64,000 nt of DNA from Leptospira biflexa (GCA_020721905.1 DYLU01000005.1:14860-78859), one strand, 5' to 3'. Counted from the stretch's first letter, positions 29,617 to 40,345 are shown. Notes: a model not told the origin generated them from the letters alone. Numbers and translations: made by a program.

Positions 29617-30417
29617 TTATCCAACTATATTAGATTTAATCCTGCCCAGCCTACCTCTCAGCCTCATGATTGCCTTTGTATGCAACTGTGATACTCTGCT
29701 TTCAGTAACTTCTAACACTTCACCTATTTCCTTTAATGTCAGGTCTTCATAATAGTAGAGAACAATAACCTTCTTTTCTTTATCCGGCAATTTCTTTATT
29801 GCATCTACAATATAATCGCGTATTTCTTCTTTTTCGATCATAACATCTGGATTCAGTGTATCAGGAGCTTCCAGAGTTTCAAGTATTGACAGCTCATCAT
29901 TTTCATCCCCAACATACCATATATCATTTAATGATAACATAGCAGTGCCACTGAGCTTATTAAGCAGTGATTGAAATTCCTCAACAGTGACACCCAACTC
30001 CTTTGCTATCTCTTCATCTTCAACTGTTCTTCCTAACTTGTTTTCCAGATCTGCAATTGCCTGTTCTATCTGTTTGGCTTTCTGCCGTATTGAACGCGGT
30101 ATCCAGTCTATAGAACGTAATTCATCAAAAATTGCACCTCGTATCCTGGTCATGGCATACGTTTTGAATTTGATACCCCTCTCAGGATCAAATTTTGTTA
30201 TTGCATCAATCAACCCAAACACACCATATGAAACAAGATCATCAAATTCTATTGAACCGGGCATTCCCATAGCAATTTTGCCAGCAACATACTTAACCAA
30301 CGGAGCATATTTCACAACAAAATAGTCTCGTATTGCCTGATCATGTGTTTTGGCAAAGCGCTTCCAGAGTTCATCTTCATCAATTGCATCAAATTCCTGA
30401 AATTTTTTATTTGCCAT
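29617..30417 (-). CDS. fliA: flagellar sigma factor FliA/WhiG (sigma-28)
   Basis: Region 2 ([37 protein letters not shown]), region 3, and region 4 HTH ([25 protein letters not shown]). Confidence 0.92.
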   Translation of the reverse strand: MANKKFQEFDAIDEDELWKRFAKTHDQAIRDYFVVKYAPLVKYVAGKIAMGMPGSIEFDDLVSYGVFGLIDAITKFDPERGIKFKTYAMTRIRGAIFDELRSIDWIPRSIRQKAKQIEQAIADLENKLGRTVEDEEIAKELGVTVEEFQSLLNKLSGTAMLSLNDIWYVGDENDELSILETLEAPDTLNPDVMIEKEEIRDYIVDAIKKLPDKEKKVIVLYYYEDLTLKEIGEVLEVTESRVSQLHTKAIMRLRGRLGRIKSNIVG

Positions 30418-30435
30418 ACAACCTCGTTATTTAAA

Positions 30436-30987
30436 TTAATCCTTATCACGTTTGAGCATAGTTCGTATAGCTTCTGCCATTATTTTTGGTTCATATTGAA
30501 TCTTCTTATCGTCCAGCACAATATGTTTCCCCATTTTCTTGTGTTTACTATCCTTAGTACTTACAGTAGTAAAATCTTTTGTTTCCAGTGGTGTAAAAAC
30601 CTCTTTATATGATGTATCCGATGTTCCCGATGCTGATTTCTCAGCAGTATACTCTTCATCACGTGTAGCACTTTCTTCCTGAACTGTACTGGTTTCATCT
30701 GGTTTCACAGTTATATATTCTTCCTGGCTTTCTTTGCTTTGTAAAAATTTAAAAGATTGATTGAGTATCTCATACACCTCGGGCACAAGACGCTTTATTA
30801 TTAATAGTGAACCATATCCAAGTGCTGAATATATTACCGTAAAGAAAAGTACCCTGCCAAATAAAATGCCAATTTTGTTACCTACCATAATACCAAACAA
30901 CAACGAAATCAAAAAAGCAAGAATACCAAAGATTATTGCTACTTTACCTTCTAATGAAATTCTGAACATTTTTTCATTAAATAACAT
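30436..30987 (-). CDS. hypothetical two-TM membrane protein within the flagellar cluster
   Basis: Two N-terminal TM helices (VAIIFGILAFLISLLFGIMV; VLFFTVIYSALGYGSLLII) and an acidic/Ser-Thr-rich tail. It lies between flhG and fliA. Confidence 0.5.
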   Translation of the reverse strand: MLFNEKMFRISLEGKVAIIFGILAFLISLLFGIMVGNKIGILFGRVLFFTVIYSALGYGSLLIIKRLVPEVYEILNQSFKFLQSKESQEEYITVKPDETSTVQEESATRDEEYTAEKSASGTSDTSYKEVFTPLETKDFTTVSTKDSKHKKMGKHIVLDDKKIQYEPKIMAEAIRTMLKRDKD

Positions 30988-31097
30988 TATATACTTATAA
31001 TCCTTAAATTTTCTTTTAAATGAAATCCCTGCTATGTAAAAAATAGTGCTAAGTTTAAATTAAATCAAGTAATAATTGCCACCATCAGTAATAGCAT

Positions 31098-31976
31098 CTA
31101 TTGTAGCAAATCATCATTTTCAGACTCATAATGCCCAAAAAATCTTCTAAAGAAACTTAACATTCCTGTACCTTTATCAGTATCTGATTCAATATTGGCA
31201 ACCCTGTCAGCAATAATTTCTATACAGGTTGAAGCTTTTGATTTGGGATAGCTCACTATAAACGGCTTCTGATTTCGTATTGACTTTGCTACATACATGT
31301 CATCAAAAATAAATCCCAGATTATCAACTTTAATATTTAAAAACTGTCCGGCAATATTGATAACCCGCTGTGCCACTTTCTTTGCCTCGGTTACTGTTTG
31401 TGCCCTGTTTACCAGAAGCTTTACTGTTTTATCAGGATCATTAGCGGCAATGGCTTTGATAGTGCCATATGCATCTGTAATAGCCGTTGGTTCTGGTGTA
31501 GTAACAACTATCACTTCATCAGAAGCAACCAGAAAACTCAGCACGTTCTGTGAAATACCAGCCCCTGTATCAATAATCATATAATCATCGTCATTCAGTT
31601 CCGATAGTGCCTTGATGAAATATTCCCGTTGCTTAACATCCAGATTCGCAAGCTGATGAAACCCGGAAGCACCAGCAATTATCTTTATCCCTTCAGGAAC
31701 ATCAATAACTATCTCCTCTAATTTTTTCTTACCTTTTATGACATGGTAAAGATTGTACTTTGGTATTATCCCCAGCACAACATTAACATTGGCAAGGCCT
31801 AAGTCAGCATCTAACAATGTTACAGAATAATTACGTTTAGCAAGCGCTATAGCAAGGCTGACAGCTACACTTGTTTTGCCAACTCCACCTTTCCCACTGG
31901 TAATTGCTATAGTTTTGGTTCTTCGGGCAGCATTGTTTTGTATTACCAACCGCCTTAAATTTGCAGCCTGATCCAA
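31098..31976 (-). CDS. flhG: MinD-type ATPase FlhG (YlxH), flagellar number regulator
   Basis: Deviant Walker A (ITSGKGGVGKT) and IIDTGAG, directly downstream of flhF. TTG start with AAGGAGGGG 4 nt upstream. Confidence 0.88.
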   Translation of the reverse strand: MDQAANLRRLVIQNNAARRTKTIAITSGKGGVGKTSVAVSLAIALAKRNYSVTLLDADLGLANVNVVLGIIPKYNLYHVIKGKKKLEEIVIDVPEGIKIIAGASGFHQLANLDVKQREYFIKALSELNDDDYMIIDTGAGISQNVLSFLVASDEVIVVTTPEPTAITDAYGTIKAIAANDPDKTVKLLVNRAQTVTEAKKVAQRVINIAGQFLNIKVDNLGFIFDDMYVAKSIRNQKPFIVSYPKSKASTCIEIIADRVANIESDTDKGTGMLSFFRRFFGHYESENDDLLQ

Positions 31977-31987
31977 GGTACCCCTCC

Positions 31988-33298
31988 TTAACGCATTGTT
32001 GATTCCAGTATCATATTCACCATCATATCAGGTTCAGCAATTGCTATATCATTGGGGACTTCCTGTCCATTAGTGATATATGATATGGGCTTATTATAAT
32101 TATCGGCTACTGAAATGACATTTCCAATATATGAAGTCTCATCAACCTTTGTTATTATCACATTGTCAATATGCAGAATATCATATGCTTTAAATACCTC
32201 AGCAAGATCACTGCGTTTTGTGTTTGCACTGACACACAGTATTTTTTCAATTTCACAGGTACAATTGTCAGCAAAGTTTTTTATCTCGGCAATTTTAAGA
32301 TCATTTCTGTGGCTTCTTCCTGATGTATCTACCATTATAATGTCAGCTTTTTCATTTTCAACTATTTCTTTAAATTCTGCCGGATCGGTAACAACATGAA
32401 TTGGTATTTGCATTATTTCAGCATATTTTTTCAGCTGCTCGGTTGCTGCAATACGGTAATTATCAATGGTAATAAATGACACTTTCAAACCCTGCCGCAA
32501 AGACAGTATGGCACCCAATTTTGCCATTGTTGTTGTTTTACCAACCCCTGTTGGACCTACAAACATCAGCACTTTCTTTCGTTTACCCCTGTCGATAGGT
32601 CCACTTACCACTATCCTGCTTTTAATGAGTTCACGCAATGTTTTTTCAATTTTATATTTATCTTTCATATCTTCACTGCTCACATTGCGTTTTACTTCAT
32701 CCAAAAGCATGGTGCATTCTTCATCGTCCATATCATTTTTTCGCAAAATTTCCTTAAACGGTTTAAAATACATATCACCATTATCAAGGCCTATATCCAT
32801 AGATAGTCTTTCCTGCTTTGTTTCAACAAGATTTTTGAGCAAAGCTTTTAATTCATTGAATTCCTTCTCCAGTTTTATGTATGAAGGATTGGTTGTTTCA
32901 ACTTTCGGTTCATCAATTGTCCTGTCTACAGGCTTAGCCTCTTCCTGTTGTGTTCTTGATTGCAGTATGCTCTGAGTTAGAAGTTGCTCAAGACCTGTAT
33001 GTTGTTTTTTATGTGGCTCATTTTCAGGTTTTTCTATAACCTGTTTTAAAAGTTCATTTACATTATCATTGGTTCCAACAGTTAAATCAATATTCTTCTT
33101 TGGCTTTAATTTTGCAGGCTTGACATCAGGTATTGCAGCAGTTAACTCAACAAAATCTCGTGCAAATAATCCTGTGTTAAACAAACCGCCTTCTTTAACA
33201 TTTTTATGGCTGATAGGTATAGCATCATCACCATGATCCATCTTGAGTTTCATCATTGCTTCATTATAGGTGCGTGCTTTAATTTTTACGTACCTCAT
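31988..33298 (-). CDS. flhF: flagellar biosynthesis GTPase FlhF
   Basis: SRP-type GTPase motifs: FVGPTGVGKTTT, MVDTSGRS, ITKVDE. AGGTG lies 7 nt before the ATG at 33298, and the ORF is open to a TTG at 33304. Confidence 0.9.
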   Translation of the reverse strand: MRYVKIKARTYNEAMMKLKMDHGDDAIPISHKNVKEGGLFNTGLFARDFVELTAAIPDVKPAKLKPKKNIDLTVGTNDNVNELLKQVIEKPENEPHKKQHTGLEQLLTQSILQSRTQQEEAKPVDRTIDEPKVETTNPSYIKLEKEFNELKALLKNLVETKQERLSMDIGLDNGDMYFKPFKEILRKNDMDDEECTMLLDEVKRNVSSEDMKDKYKIEKTLRELIKSRIVVSGPIDRGKRKKVLMFVGPTGVGKTTTMAKLGAILSLRQGLKVSFITIDNYRIAATEQLKKYAEIMQIPIHVVTDPAEFKEIVENEKADIIMVDTSGRSHRNDLKIAEIKNFADNCTCEIEKILCVSANTKRSDLAEVFKAYDILHIDNVIITKVDETSYIGNVISVADNYNKPISYITNGQEVPNDIAIAEPDMMVNMILESTMR

Positions 33299-33335
33299 TG
33301 TCAAACACCTCGCTTTTTTTTAATTTTTTATTATA

Positions 33336-35417
33336 TTATGCTGCCCGCAATAACGCTGTACCTATAACATTAACTCTGATTTCGGGCACTATTTCATTAT
33401 ACGAAAGAACAACGGGATCAGGAACTTCCCTTTCCAGTAATGTAAACAGAACACTGCGAATATGTGGCGACACCAGATACACTGGTGCAAATCCTGCACT
33501 TCGTGCCCTGGAATATGAATCCAGCAAACTATCCAGTACCTCTCTATGCGTATCGGGATCAAGGCTTACAATTCTTCCCTCAACCGGATCCTCGTGTATA
33601 GAAGATCGTATCATGGTTTCTATCTCCGGATCTACTGTAATCACCGATAGCGTATTGTTTTTATCAGCATATTCCCTGCATATCTGACGAGCCAGTGCAA
33701 CACGAACATACTCTGTCAGCACACCTATATCTTTGGTATAATCCGAATAGCTTGCCAGCGTTTCAAGAATGGTAACCATATTTCTAATTGAAACACGTTC
33801 GCGCAGCAGGTTTTGCAATACCTTCTGTATTTCACCTATGCTGAGCTTTTTATCCCCAACAAGTTCATTAACCACCGCAGGATAGTCATTCTTAATGGTA
33901 TCAATAAGCTGCTGGACCTCTTGCCTGCCAAGTATTTCATCCGCATGTCTGCGTATAATTTCAGTTAGATGTGTTGCAATAATGGTAGGACAGTCAACAA
34001 CAGTATATCCCCGGCGTTCAGCAACATCTCTGTTATCAGGATCTATCCATATTGCCTTAAGGTTAAATACCGGCTCGGTGAATTCTACACCTCCAATTTT
34101 TTCCTGAACAGTACCAGGATCCATTGCCATGAGTTTCCCCACCTGCAGGCTGCCATGCCCAACTTCAACGCCTTTAATTAAAATTGAATAATCCTGAGGT
34201 GCAAGTTCCATATTATCCCTTATACGGATTGGTGGCACTATAAGCCCCATTTCAAGGGCACTGCGCCTGCGTATATTGGTAATCCTGTCAAGTAATGTGC
34301 CACCCTGGTCAGGATCAGCCAGTGGTATAAGGCTGTAACCAATTTCTACTTCAAGCGGATCAACCTGAATGAGCGGTATTACCGATTCAGGTTTATGTGT
34401 TTTCAAAGCGGCTTCTTTTTGCTCTATTTTGGTTTTTTCAATTTGTTCTTCTTCAGTCTGTTTTAATAAATATCCTAATGCTCCAATACCTAAAGATAGC
34501 AGTATAAGCGTAATTTTAGGGAAGCCCGGTATGATAGCAGATAATCCCAATGCTGCAGCAGTAAGCATCAACGCACGTGGCTGGGAACCTAATTGCGCTG
34601 AAAGGTCTTTACCCAGGCTGTCTTCTGATACAGCACGGGTTACAATGATACCGGTTGCCGTTGTCACCATCAATGATGGAATCTGGGCAACCAGACCATC
34701 ACCTATCGACAATAATGTATAGGTGTGGACTGCTACATCAAAACTTTCGCCCCGCATGACCATGCCTATGATAAAACCACCAATAATATTGACAATTGTA
34801 ATAATGATGCCAACCTTAACATCACCCTGTACAAACTTTGAGGCACCATCCATGGCTCCGTAAAAATCAGCTTCTTTACGAACTTCCCGCCTGCGACGCA
34901 ATGCTTCTTCTTCGTTGATAATACCATTGGAAAGGTCTGAATCTATGCTCATGAGTTTAGCTGGCATGGCATCCAACGTAAAACGGGCTGCTACTTCAGC
35001 TGTTCGCGTTGCACCTTTGGTGATAACAATAAACTGTACTGCAACAAGGATGACAAATACTATAAATCCAATAACATAATTACCACCAACAACAAACTCG
35101 CCAAATGTGCGTATTATTTTACCATCAAATGCAGCACCCTGCAAAAGGATTAAACGGGTTGATGAAACATTGAGTGCCAGACGGTAAACAGTAGTTATAA
35201 GCAGCAAGGCAGGAAATACCGAAAAATCAAAAGAGCGCGGTACATACATGACTACCAGTAAAATCAGAATTCCCAGCATAATGCTGATTGCCATAAGGAA
35301 ATCCAGAAGGAATGTTGGCAAAGGTATAACCAGCATTGTTACAACTGCAATAACGCCAATGCCTAGTAAAATATCGCTCTTCTGCATCCATGAAAAATCG
35401 TATGTTTGTTCTGCCAT
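33336..35417 (-). CDS. flhA: flagellar type III export apparatus protein FlhA
   Basis: Full-length FlhA/FHIPEP pattern: multi-TM N-domain, FHIPEP motif region (AEVAARFTLDAMPAKLMSIDSDL), and a cytoplasmic C-domain. Confidence 0.97.
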   Translation of the reverse strand: MAEQTYDFSWMQKSDILLGIGVIAVVTMLVIPLPTFLLDFLMAISIMLGILILLVVMYVPRSFDFSVFPALLLITTVYRLALNVSSTRLILLQGAAFDGKIIRTFGEFVVGGNYVIGFIVFVILVAVQFIVITKGATRTAEVAARFTLDAMPAKLMSIDSDLSNGIINEEEALRRRREVRKEADFYGAMDGASKFVQGDVKVGIIITIVNIIGGFIIGMVMRGESFDVAVHTYTLLSIGDGLVAQIPSLMVTTATGIIVTRAVSEDSLGKDLSAQLGSQPRALMLTAAALGLSAIIPGFPKITLILLSLGIGALGYLLKQTEEEQIEKTKIEQKEAALKTHKPESVIPLIQVDPLEVEIGYSLIPLADPDQGGTLLDRITNIRRRSALEMGLIVPPIRIRDNMELAPQDYSILIKGVEVGHGSLQVGKLMAMDPGTVQEKIGGVEFTEPVFNLKAIWIDPDNRDVAERRGYTVVDCPTIIATHLTEIIRRHADEILGRQEVQQLIDTIKNDYPAVVNELVGDKKLSIGEIQKVLQNLLRERVSIRNMVTILETLASYSDYTKDIGVLTEYVRVALARQICREYADKNNTLSVITVDPEIETMIRSSIHEDPVEGRIVSLDPDTHREVLDSLLDSYSRARSAGFAPVYLVSPHIRSVLFTLLEREVPDPVVLSYNEIVPEIRVNVIGTALLRAA

Positions 35418-35432
35418 ACGCTACCTCAACAT

Positions 35433-36590
35433 TTATATTGCTGCTTTATAGTTTCTTTTCTTATACACTTCTGCATAAATTAATGAAACAGCATAAAATA
35501 AATCTTCCGGAATAATATCACCTATTTCCACACGTTTATATAATTCCTGCGCCAGTGGCCTGTTTTCAATAACCAGAATATTGTTATCAAGAGCTATCTG
35601 TCTTATCCTTAAAGCCATTGCATCAACACCCTTTGCAATAACCATGGGTGCATACATTGCTTCCGGTTCATATCGCATAGCTATGGCAAAATGGGTTGGG
35701 TTTGTTACCACCACATCCGCTTTGGGCACTTCACGTATCATATTGCGCATAATAAGCTCTCGCTGCATTTCCTGCAACCGTGCCCGTACATGCGGATCGC
35801 CAACTGTTTCCTTCCATTCTTCTTTCAATTCCTGCTTGGTCATTTTTAATGATTCAATATATTCGCGTTTCTGGAAAATATAATCAGGGATGGAAAGGAT
35901 AAGTAAGCACACTGTGGACCAGATTATTATTTTTAGTGCAATAATAGAGATATTTTGAAATGCAAGGCCAACGCTTATGTCAGGGGTTTTAATAAGTTCA
36001 TCAAAATCATTGCTTATTACTAAATAACATACAAATCCAATAACAACCACTTTGAAAATCGACTTAAAAAGATTCATAGCAACCTGGCGGGAAAAGAATA
36101 TCTTACGTGCCATTGTTGCAGGATCAAATTTAATCTTTGAAAGATCAAACTTAAGCGGGTGCGTTGATATCTGAAATCCAACCTGTGCAATATTACCCAG
36201 TAGCGCTGCAATCACCGTAGCAGCAAATATTGGCAACAGTATCTTGAAGGATTCAATCCCGGTTGCTATCGCCTCATGAAATAAACTGCGTTCAGTAAGC
36301 TGAAAACGTGAAAAGCTTGTAAGGTAATAATGCATCATTCTGATAATAGTTTCAAAGATGAAACCGCAAAACACAACAATGGTAATCATGGCAAAAATAA
36401 CCACCAGAGCCTGAGGCAATTCTTCGGTTTTTGCTACCTGGCCTTTTTCGCGTGCTTCACGAAGCTTCTTCTCGGTAGGCTCCTCGGTCCTGCCCTCATC
36501 TTCGGCTGCAAAAAGCTGAAGGTCAAAAACTATCGTACTGCTGGTGTGTAGCGATAGTGTATGCAAATTTATGTCTTCATACCATTTCAT
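35433..36590 (-). CDS. flhB: flagellar export protein FlhB
   Basis: FDLQLFAAEDEGRTEEPTEKKLREAREKGQVAKTEEL N-terminus and the autocleavage motif NPTH (VVTNPTHFAIAM). Confidence 0.95.
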   Translation of the reverse strand: MKWYEDINLHTLSLHTSSTIVFDLQLFAAEDEGRTEEPTEKKLREAREKGQVAKTEELPQALVVIFAMITIVVFCGFIFETIIRMMHYYLTSFSRFQLTERSLFHEAIATGIESFKILLPIFAATVIAALLGNIAQVGFQISTHPLKFDLSKIKFDPATMARKIFFSRQVAMNLFKSIFKVVVIGFVCYLVISNDFDELIKTPDISVGLAFQNISIIALKIIIWSTVCLLILSIPDYIFQKREYIESLKMTKQELKEEWKETVGDPHVRARLQEMQRELIMRNMIREVPKADVVVTNPTHFAIAMRYEPEAMYAPMVIAKGVDAMALRIRQIALDNNILVIENRPLAQELYKRVEIGDIIPEDLFYAVSLIYAEVYKKRNYKAAI

Positions 36591-37366
36591 ACTGGCCAGT
36601 ACCTGATCACCTTCACAATAAACTGAAACGTCCTTTCCAGTGAAACATTCATAACCCTGACAATTAATGGGGAAATAAGTATCATCATACCAAAAGCCAC
36701 TGCAATCTTGAACGGAAAACCCAGCATCATAATATTCATCTGTGGTGCAGCCTTTGCCAGAATTCCCAGGCTCACTGAAACAAGAAACACTGCTGCTATT
36801 ACCGGAAGTGAAATTTTAAGGGCTATAACAAACATGCCGCTGAATGAATGAGCCAAAAATTTTAAAAAAGCCTGGATGCTTTCACCTTTAAGTGCAAATG
36901 CCGGTGCTAACTCATAAGAGTGAAAAATTGCCTTAATCATGAAATGGTGGCCGTTAATGGCTAAAAATACCAAAAGTCCAATAATATTTTTTAACTGTCC
37001 CACAAGCGGTATGGAAATCTGAGCAAGAGGGTCAATGACTTCATTTATGCCAAAGCCTATCTGCACAGCAAAATATTGCCCGGAAAGCTGGAATGCAGAA
37101 AAAACAACACTTACCAGAAATCCAATGTACAGGCCAATTGTTATCTCCTGTATAACCATAAGATAGTATACACCCATATTGCCCGTCAGAGCAGCATTGC
37201 TGATTGACAATACCGGGAATATAACCAGTGACACAAAAAATGAAAGTGCACCCCTCATAAGTAAAGGAATAGCCCCACTTGAAAAAAATGGAGCAATCAC
37301 CATCATTGCTGTCATACGCACCAGCACCAGAAAGAATGCCTGAAACTGATATACAAAATATTCCAT
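36587..37366 (-). CDS. fliR: flagellar export protein FliR
   Basis: Polytopic ~260-aa protein between fliQ and flhB, with 4-nt and 1-nt start/stop overlaps to its neighbours. Confidence 0.92.
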   Translation of the reverse strand: MEYFVYQFQAFFLVLVRMTAMMVIAPFFSSGAIPLLMRGALSFFVSLVIFPVLSISNAALTGNMGVYYLMVIQEITIGLYIGFLVSVVFSAFQLSGQYFAVQIGFGINEVIDPLAQISIPLVGQLKNIIGLLVFLAINGHHFMIKAIFHSYELAPAFALKGESIQAFLKFLAHSFSGMFVIALKISLPVIAAVFLVSVSLGILAKAAPQMNIMMLGFPFKIAVAFGMMILISPLIVRVMNVSLERTFQFIVKVIRYWPV

Positions 37367-37638
37367 TATCCGGCACCTAATTTAGAAATCATCATAAATA
37401 ATCCTTTTGTATATGCAACCAGCGTATGAAGAATCCACGCTGCAAACAGTATCAAAGCAGCAAAGATGGCAATAATCTTTGGTACAAATGTCAGCGTCTG
37501 TTCCTGAATTGACGTTGTGGTCTGGAATATAGAGATGATAAGCCCCACAAACATACCAATTCCCAGTATTGGAGCTGAAACCACCATGGTAACCATCAAT
37601 GCTTCCCGCAAAATTTTTATTACTTCAACATCTGTCAT
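37366..37638 (-). CDS. fliQ: flagellar export protein FliQ
   Basis: 90-aa two-TM protein (ILGIGMFVGLIISIFQTTTSIQEQTLTFVPKI) in the conserved position. Confidence 0.92.
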   Translation of the reverse strand: MTDVEVIKILREALMVTMVVSAPILGIGMFVGLIISIFQTTTSIQEQTLTFVPKIIAIFAALILFAAWILHTLVAYTKGLFMMISKLGAG

Positions 37639-37647
37639 GGTTTTCTC

Positions 37648-38442
37648 CTACATAAATGACTTCACCAGCTCATAGGTGAGCAGATTCCATCCATCCACCA
37701 GTACAAAAAGCACAATCTTAAACGGCAATGAAATCATGATAGGCGGAAGCATAATCATCCCCATTGCCATAAGGGCACTTGCCACAATCATATCTATAAC
37801 AATAAAGGGTATGAATATATATACACCCATTTCGAAGGCACGTTTTAATTCGCTGATCATAAATGCCGGAATAAGGCAATACGTTGGCACATCATCCTCT
37901 GTTTTAGGCCGTTCCAATTTTGCCAGTTCAATAAACAGTGCTATATCCTTCTTACGGGTTTGCTTCAACATGAATGTGCGCAGCGGCTGCATACCTCTAT
38001 TGTAAAACTCTTCGCTGCTGATCTGCCCTTTCATATACGGCTGTAATGCCTTATCATTGATCTCGGTAAGAGTAGGCGACATAATAAAAATAGTCAGGAA
38101 AATTGCAAGCCCCACAATAACCTGTGTAGGAGGCATCTGCTGCAATGACAGAGCACGCCTGACAAAATCCAGCACAATGACCACCCGCGTAAAGGAGGTC
38201 ATCATCATTATTATTGATGGTGCCAGCGTCAAGATGGTCAGTAAAAACAAAATCTGCAAACTCAATGACACATCCTTAGGTGTTTTTGCCTCTTCAATAT
38301 CAAATCCTATTTTTGGAATTGGCATCCTCACATTGCCGGCTTTCTGGGCAAACGCTGTATCCATGCACACGGCACCAATGCCAAACAACACAGCAATTGT
38401 TGCCAGAAGTATAATTATGTGTTTACCTTTAATTTTTTTCAT
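37648..38442 (-). CDS. fliP: flagellar export protein FliP
   Basis: LTILTLAPSIIMMMTSFTRVVIVL and GLAIFLTIFIMSP motifs, and AFMISELKRAFEMG. Confidence 0.95.
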   Translation of the reverse strand: MKKIKGKHIIILLATIAVLFGIGAVCMDTAFAQKAGNVRMPIPKIGFDIEEAKTPKDVSLSLQILFLLTILTLAPSIIMMMTSFTRVVIVLDFVRRALSLQQMPPTQVIVGLAIFLTIFIMSPTLTEINDKALQPYMKGQISSEEFYNRGMQPLRTFMLKQTRKKDIALFIELAKLERPKTEDDVPTYCLIPAFMISELKRAFEMGVYIFIPFIVIDMIVASALMAMGMIMLPPIMISLPFKIVLFVLVDGWNLLTYELVKSFM

Positions 38443-38448
38443 AACGCT

Positions 38449-39252
38449 TTACACATCATCATCATTTAATTTATTTAAACGCTGCCTGTATGAAAGTAGC
38501 ACATCATCATGAATGGTTTTTTCTTCACTGGTAAATCGCTGCGATGGCCTTCCCGGACTTTTCATTTTATCCAGCACCTTACCCAGCTGTGTGGAAAGAT
38601 ATTCCTGAAACCCCCCTTGTTTGGGTGGGGTTGATCTGGAACTCAGTAAACGTATTCTATCGATATCATCCTTATCTTTTATCTCAGTAATCAGATTAAT
38701 ATTGTTATCCGATACTCCCAGCACATACACTTTCCCGGCAATATCTACTACCTGCAAAAACTTATTTTGCCCCAGTGGTATCACCGACAGGATAGTGATT
38801 ACTTCCTGTCCAATAGCTGTTATTGCTACTTTTTGAGTAATGAACTTGAAAAAATAATAAAATCCTGCAATAAGCACACCCATCACAAAGATAGTTTTGA
38901 AAATTAACCATATATACGACTCTTCTTCAATCTGGGGCTTTTCATAGTCATACAAGTAATCACCTTTTTGCGCTTCATTGTCTTTTTTCTCAGCGCCTGC
39001 AGTTTCTGCTATTGGAGCGGCATTTTCCTTAATATCAACTATCTCACTCTTTTTTTCTGCCCTGCTCTTTTCTTTATCATTCTTAACTGCTTTAACAGTT
39101 TTAGCTTCTTTTGCATACAGCAAAGAATCATTCAGGCGATAGTTCATGGTAATGGGACATAATATAAAAATGAGACATAATAAAAAGCTATGATAAAAAA
39201 ATTTCCTCATAATAATCCCATACTTATCAAACATTGTTATATCACGTTCCAT
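38449..39252 (-). CDS. fliO: FliO/FliZ-like flagellar biosynthesis protein
   Basis: It lies between fliY and fliP. It has a single central TM (IWLIFKTIFVMGVLIAGFYYFFKFI) followed by the FliO-like segment ...LSVIPLGQNKFLQVVDIAGKVYVLGVSDNNINLI. The start is uncertain (ATGs at 39252, 39234 and 39210). Confidence 0.6.
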   Translation of the reverse strand: MERDITMFDKYGIIMRKFFYHSFLLCLIFILCPITMNYRLNDSLLYAKEAKTVKAVKNDKEKSRAEKKSEIVDIKENAAPIAETAGAEKKDNEAQKGDYLYDYEKPQIEEESYIWLIFKTIFVMGVLIAGFYYFFKFITQKVAITAIGQEVITILSVIPLGQNKFLQVVDIAGKVYVLGVSDNNINLITEIKDKDDIDRIRLLSSRSTPPKQGGFQEYLSTQLGKVLDKMKSPGRPSQRFTSEEKTIHDDVLLSYRQRLNKLNDDDV

Positions 39253-39289
39253 TGCGTATTCTTAAACCATAGCATTACTGTAATACTGT

Positions 39290-40345
39290 TTACGACTGTA
39301 TCTTGGCAATACGTTCTGCCGGGCTTACAATATCAGTTACACGAACTCCAAAATTTTCATCAATAACAACAACCTCGCCACGGGCAATCAATTTACCATT
39401 GACTAACAGGTCAACAGGCTCACCAGCCAATTTATCAAGCTCAATGATGGAACCCTCACCCAATCCTAATATATCTTTAACCAGCTGCCGTGTTCTGCCC
39501 AGTTCAACCGTAAGCGTCATGGGCACATCAAGCAGCAGATTAATGTTCCCTGTTGGAACTGACTGCATGCCTTCACCCAGTGGCGGGAACCGTACAGGAC
39601 TTATACCCACCTGTGACGTTGTTCTGGGCTGTGCTGGCTCAGGCCTGTATTCCGGCTGCTGCATTTGCGGAACATAAGCACCACGGGCAATTTCACCTGC
39701 AAGTTCTATATTCATCAGTTGATACATTTTGGAGTTAATTAAATTTTGTATAGTAAGGTTATAGGTTACCTTCACTACATCCGGCGTTCCCGGAACTTCT
39801 ATGTTGCCCTGAACAACTTTCAAATCGGGAGCTGTAGTATTAACACCCTTACCAATTTTATTACTCAATTGTGTTGCAATAGTGGACATCATCTGGCTTA
39901 CAAATTCCTGCAATGTACTCTGATGAGCCTCGGTCAGGGTTGCAGGCGGTGCACCAGAATCATCTCCCATCATTAATGAGGAAATGACCCCGGCATCATT
40001 CATTGACAGCAGAATTACATTCCTGCCATTTACGCCCCCGGAAAAATTAACTGTAATCTGTACATACTGTTTGGGAAATTCAGCGCGTACCTGATCAGCA
40101 CTTTTTACCTCTACCAGGGCATTGCCAATAATTATATTTTTTCCCAAATAACCGGATAATGCGGGCATTACACTGCCCATGCTGCTATTCAAAAAATCAG
40201 CTACCGATTCTCTTTCTACCGGTGATAAAGCAGCCTGAGCAGGAGCAAGTTCCCCTGCCGGAACTCTTGCAGTACCTGAGAGCATATCATCAGCACCCTG
40301 CAACAGTGCATCTATTTCATCCTGGGACAATGAACCGTCACCCAT
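39290..40345 (-). CDS. fliY: flagellar motor switch protein FliY/FliN (long form)
   Basis: The N-terminal LSQDEIDALLQG peptide, a middle region of CheC-like length, and the C-terminal FliN/SpoA domain (LLLDVPMTLTVELGRTRQLVKDILGLGEGSIIELDKLAGEPVDLLVNGKLIARGEVVVIDENFGVRV). Confidence 0.85.
   Translation of the reverse strand: MGDGSLSQDEIDALLQGADDMLSGTARVPAGELAPAQAALSPVERESVADFLNSSMGSVMPALSGYLGKNIIIGNALVEVKSADQVRAEFPKQYVQITVNFSGGVNGRNVILLSMNDAGVISSLMMGDDSGAPPATLTEAHQSTLQEFVSQMMSTIATQLSNKIGKGVNTTAPDLKVVQGNIEVPGTPDVVKVTYNLTIQNLINSKMYQLMNIELAGEIARGAYVPQMQQPEYRPEPAQPRTTSQVGISPVRFPPLGEGMQSVPTGNINLLLDVPMTLTVELGRTRQLVKDILGLGEGSIIELDKLAGEPVDLLVNGKLIARGEVVVIDENFGVRVTDIVSPAERIAKIQS

Noticed and set aside
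37041-37376. 111-aa same-strand ORF overlapping fliR in another frame.
   Set aside because: It lies entirely within the fliR/fliQ junction. Its translation is Cys/Gly-rich and not protein-like, whereas the fliR frame gives a canonical polytopic protein.
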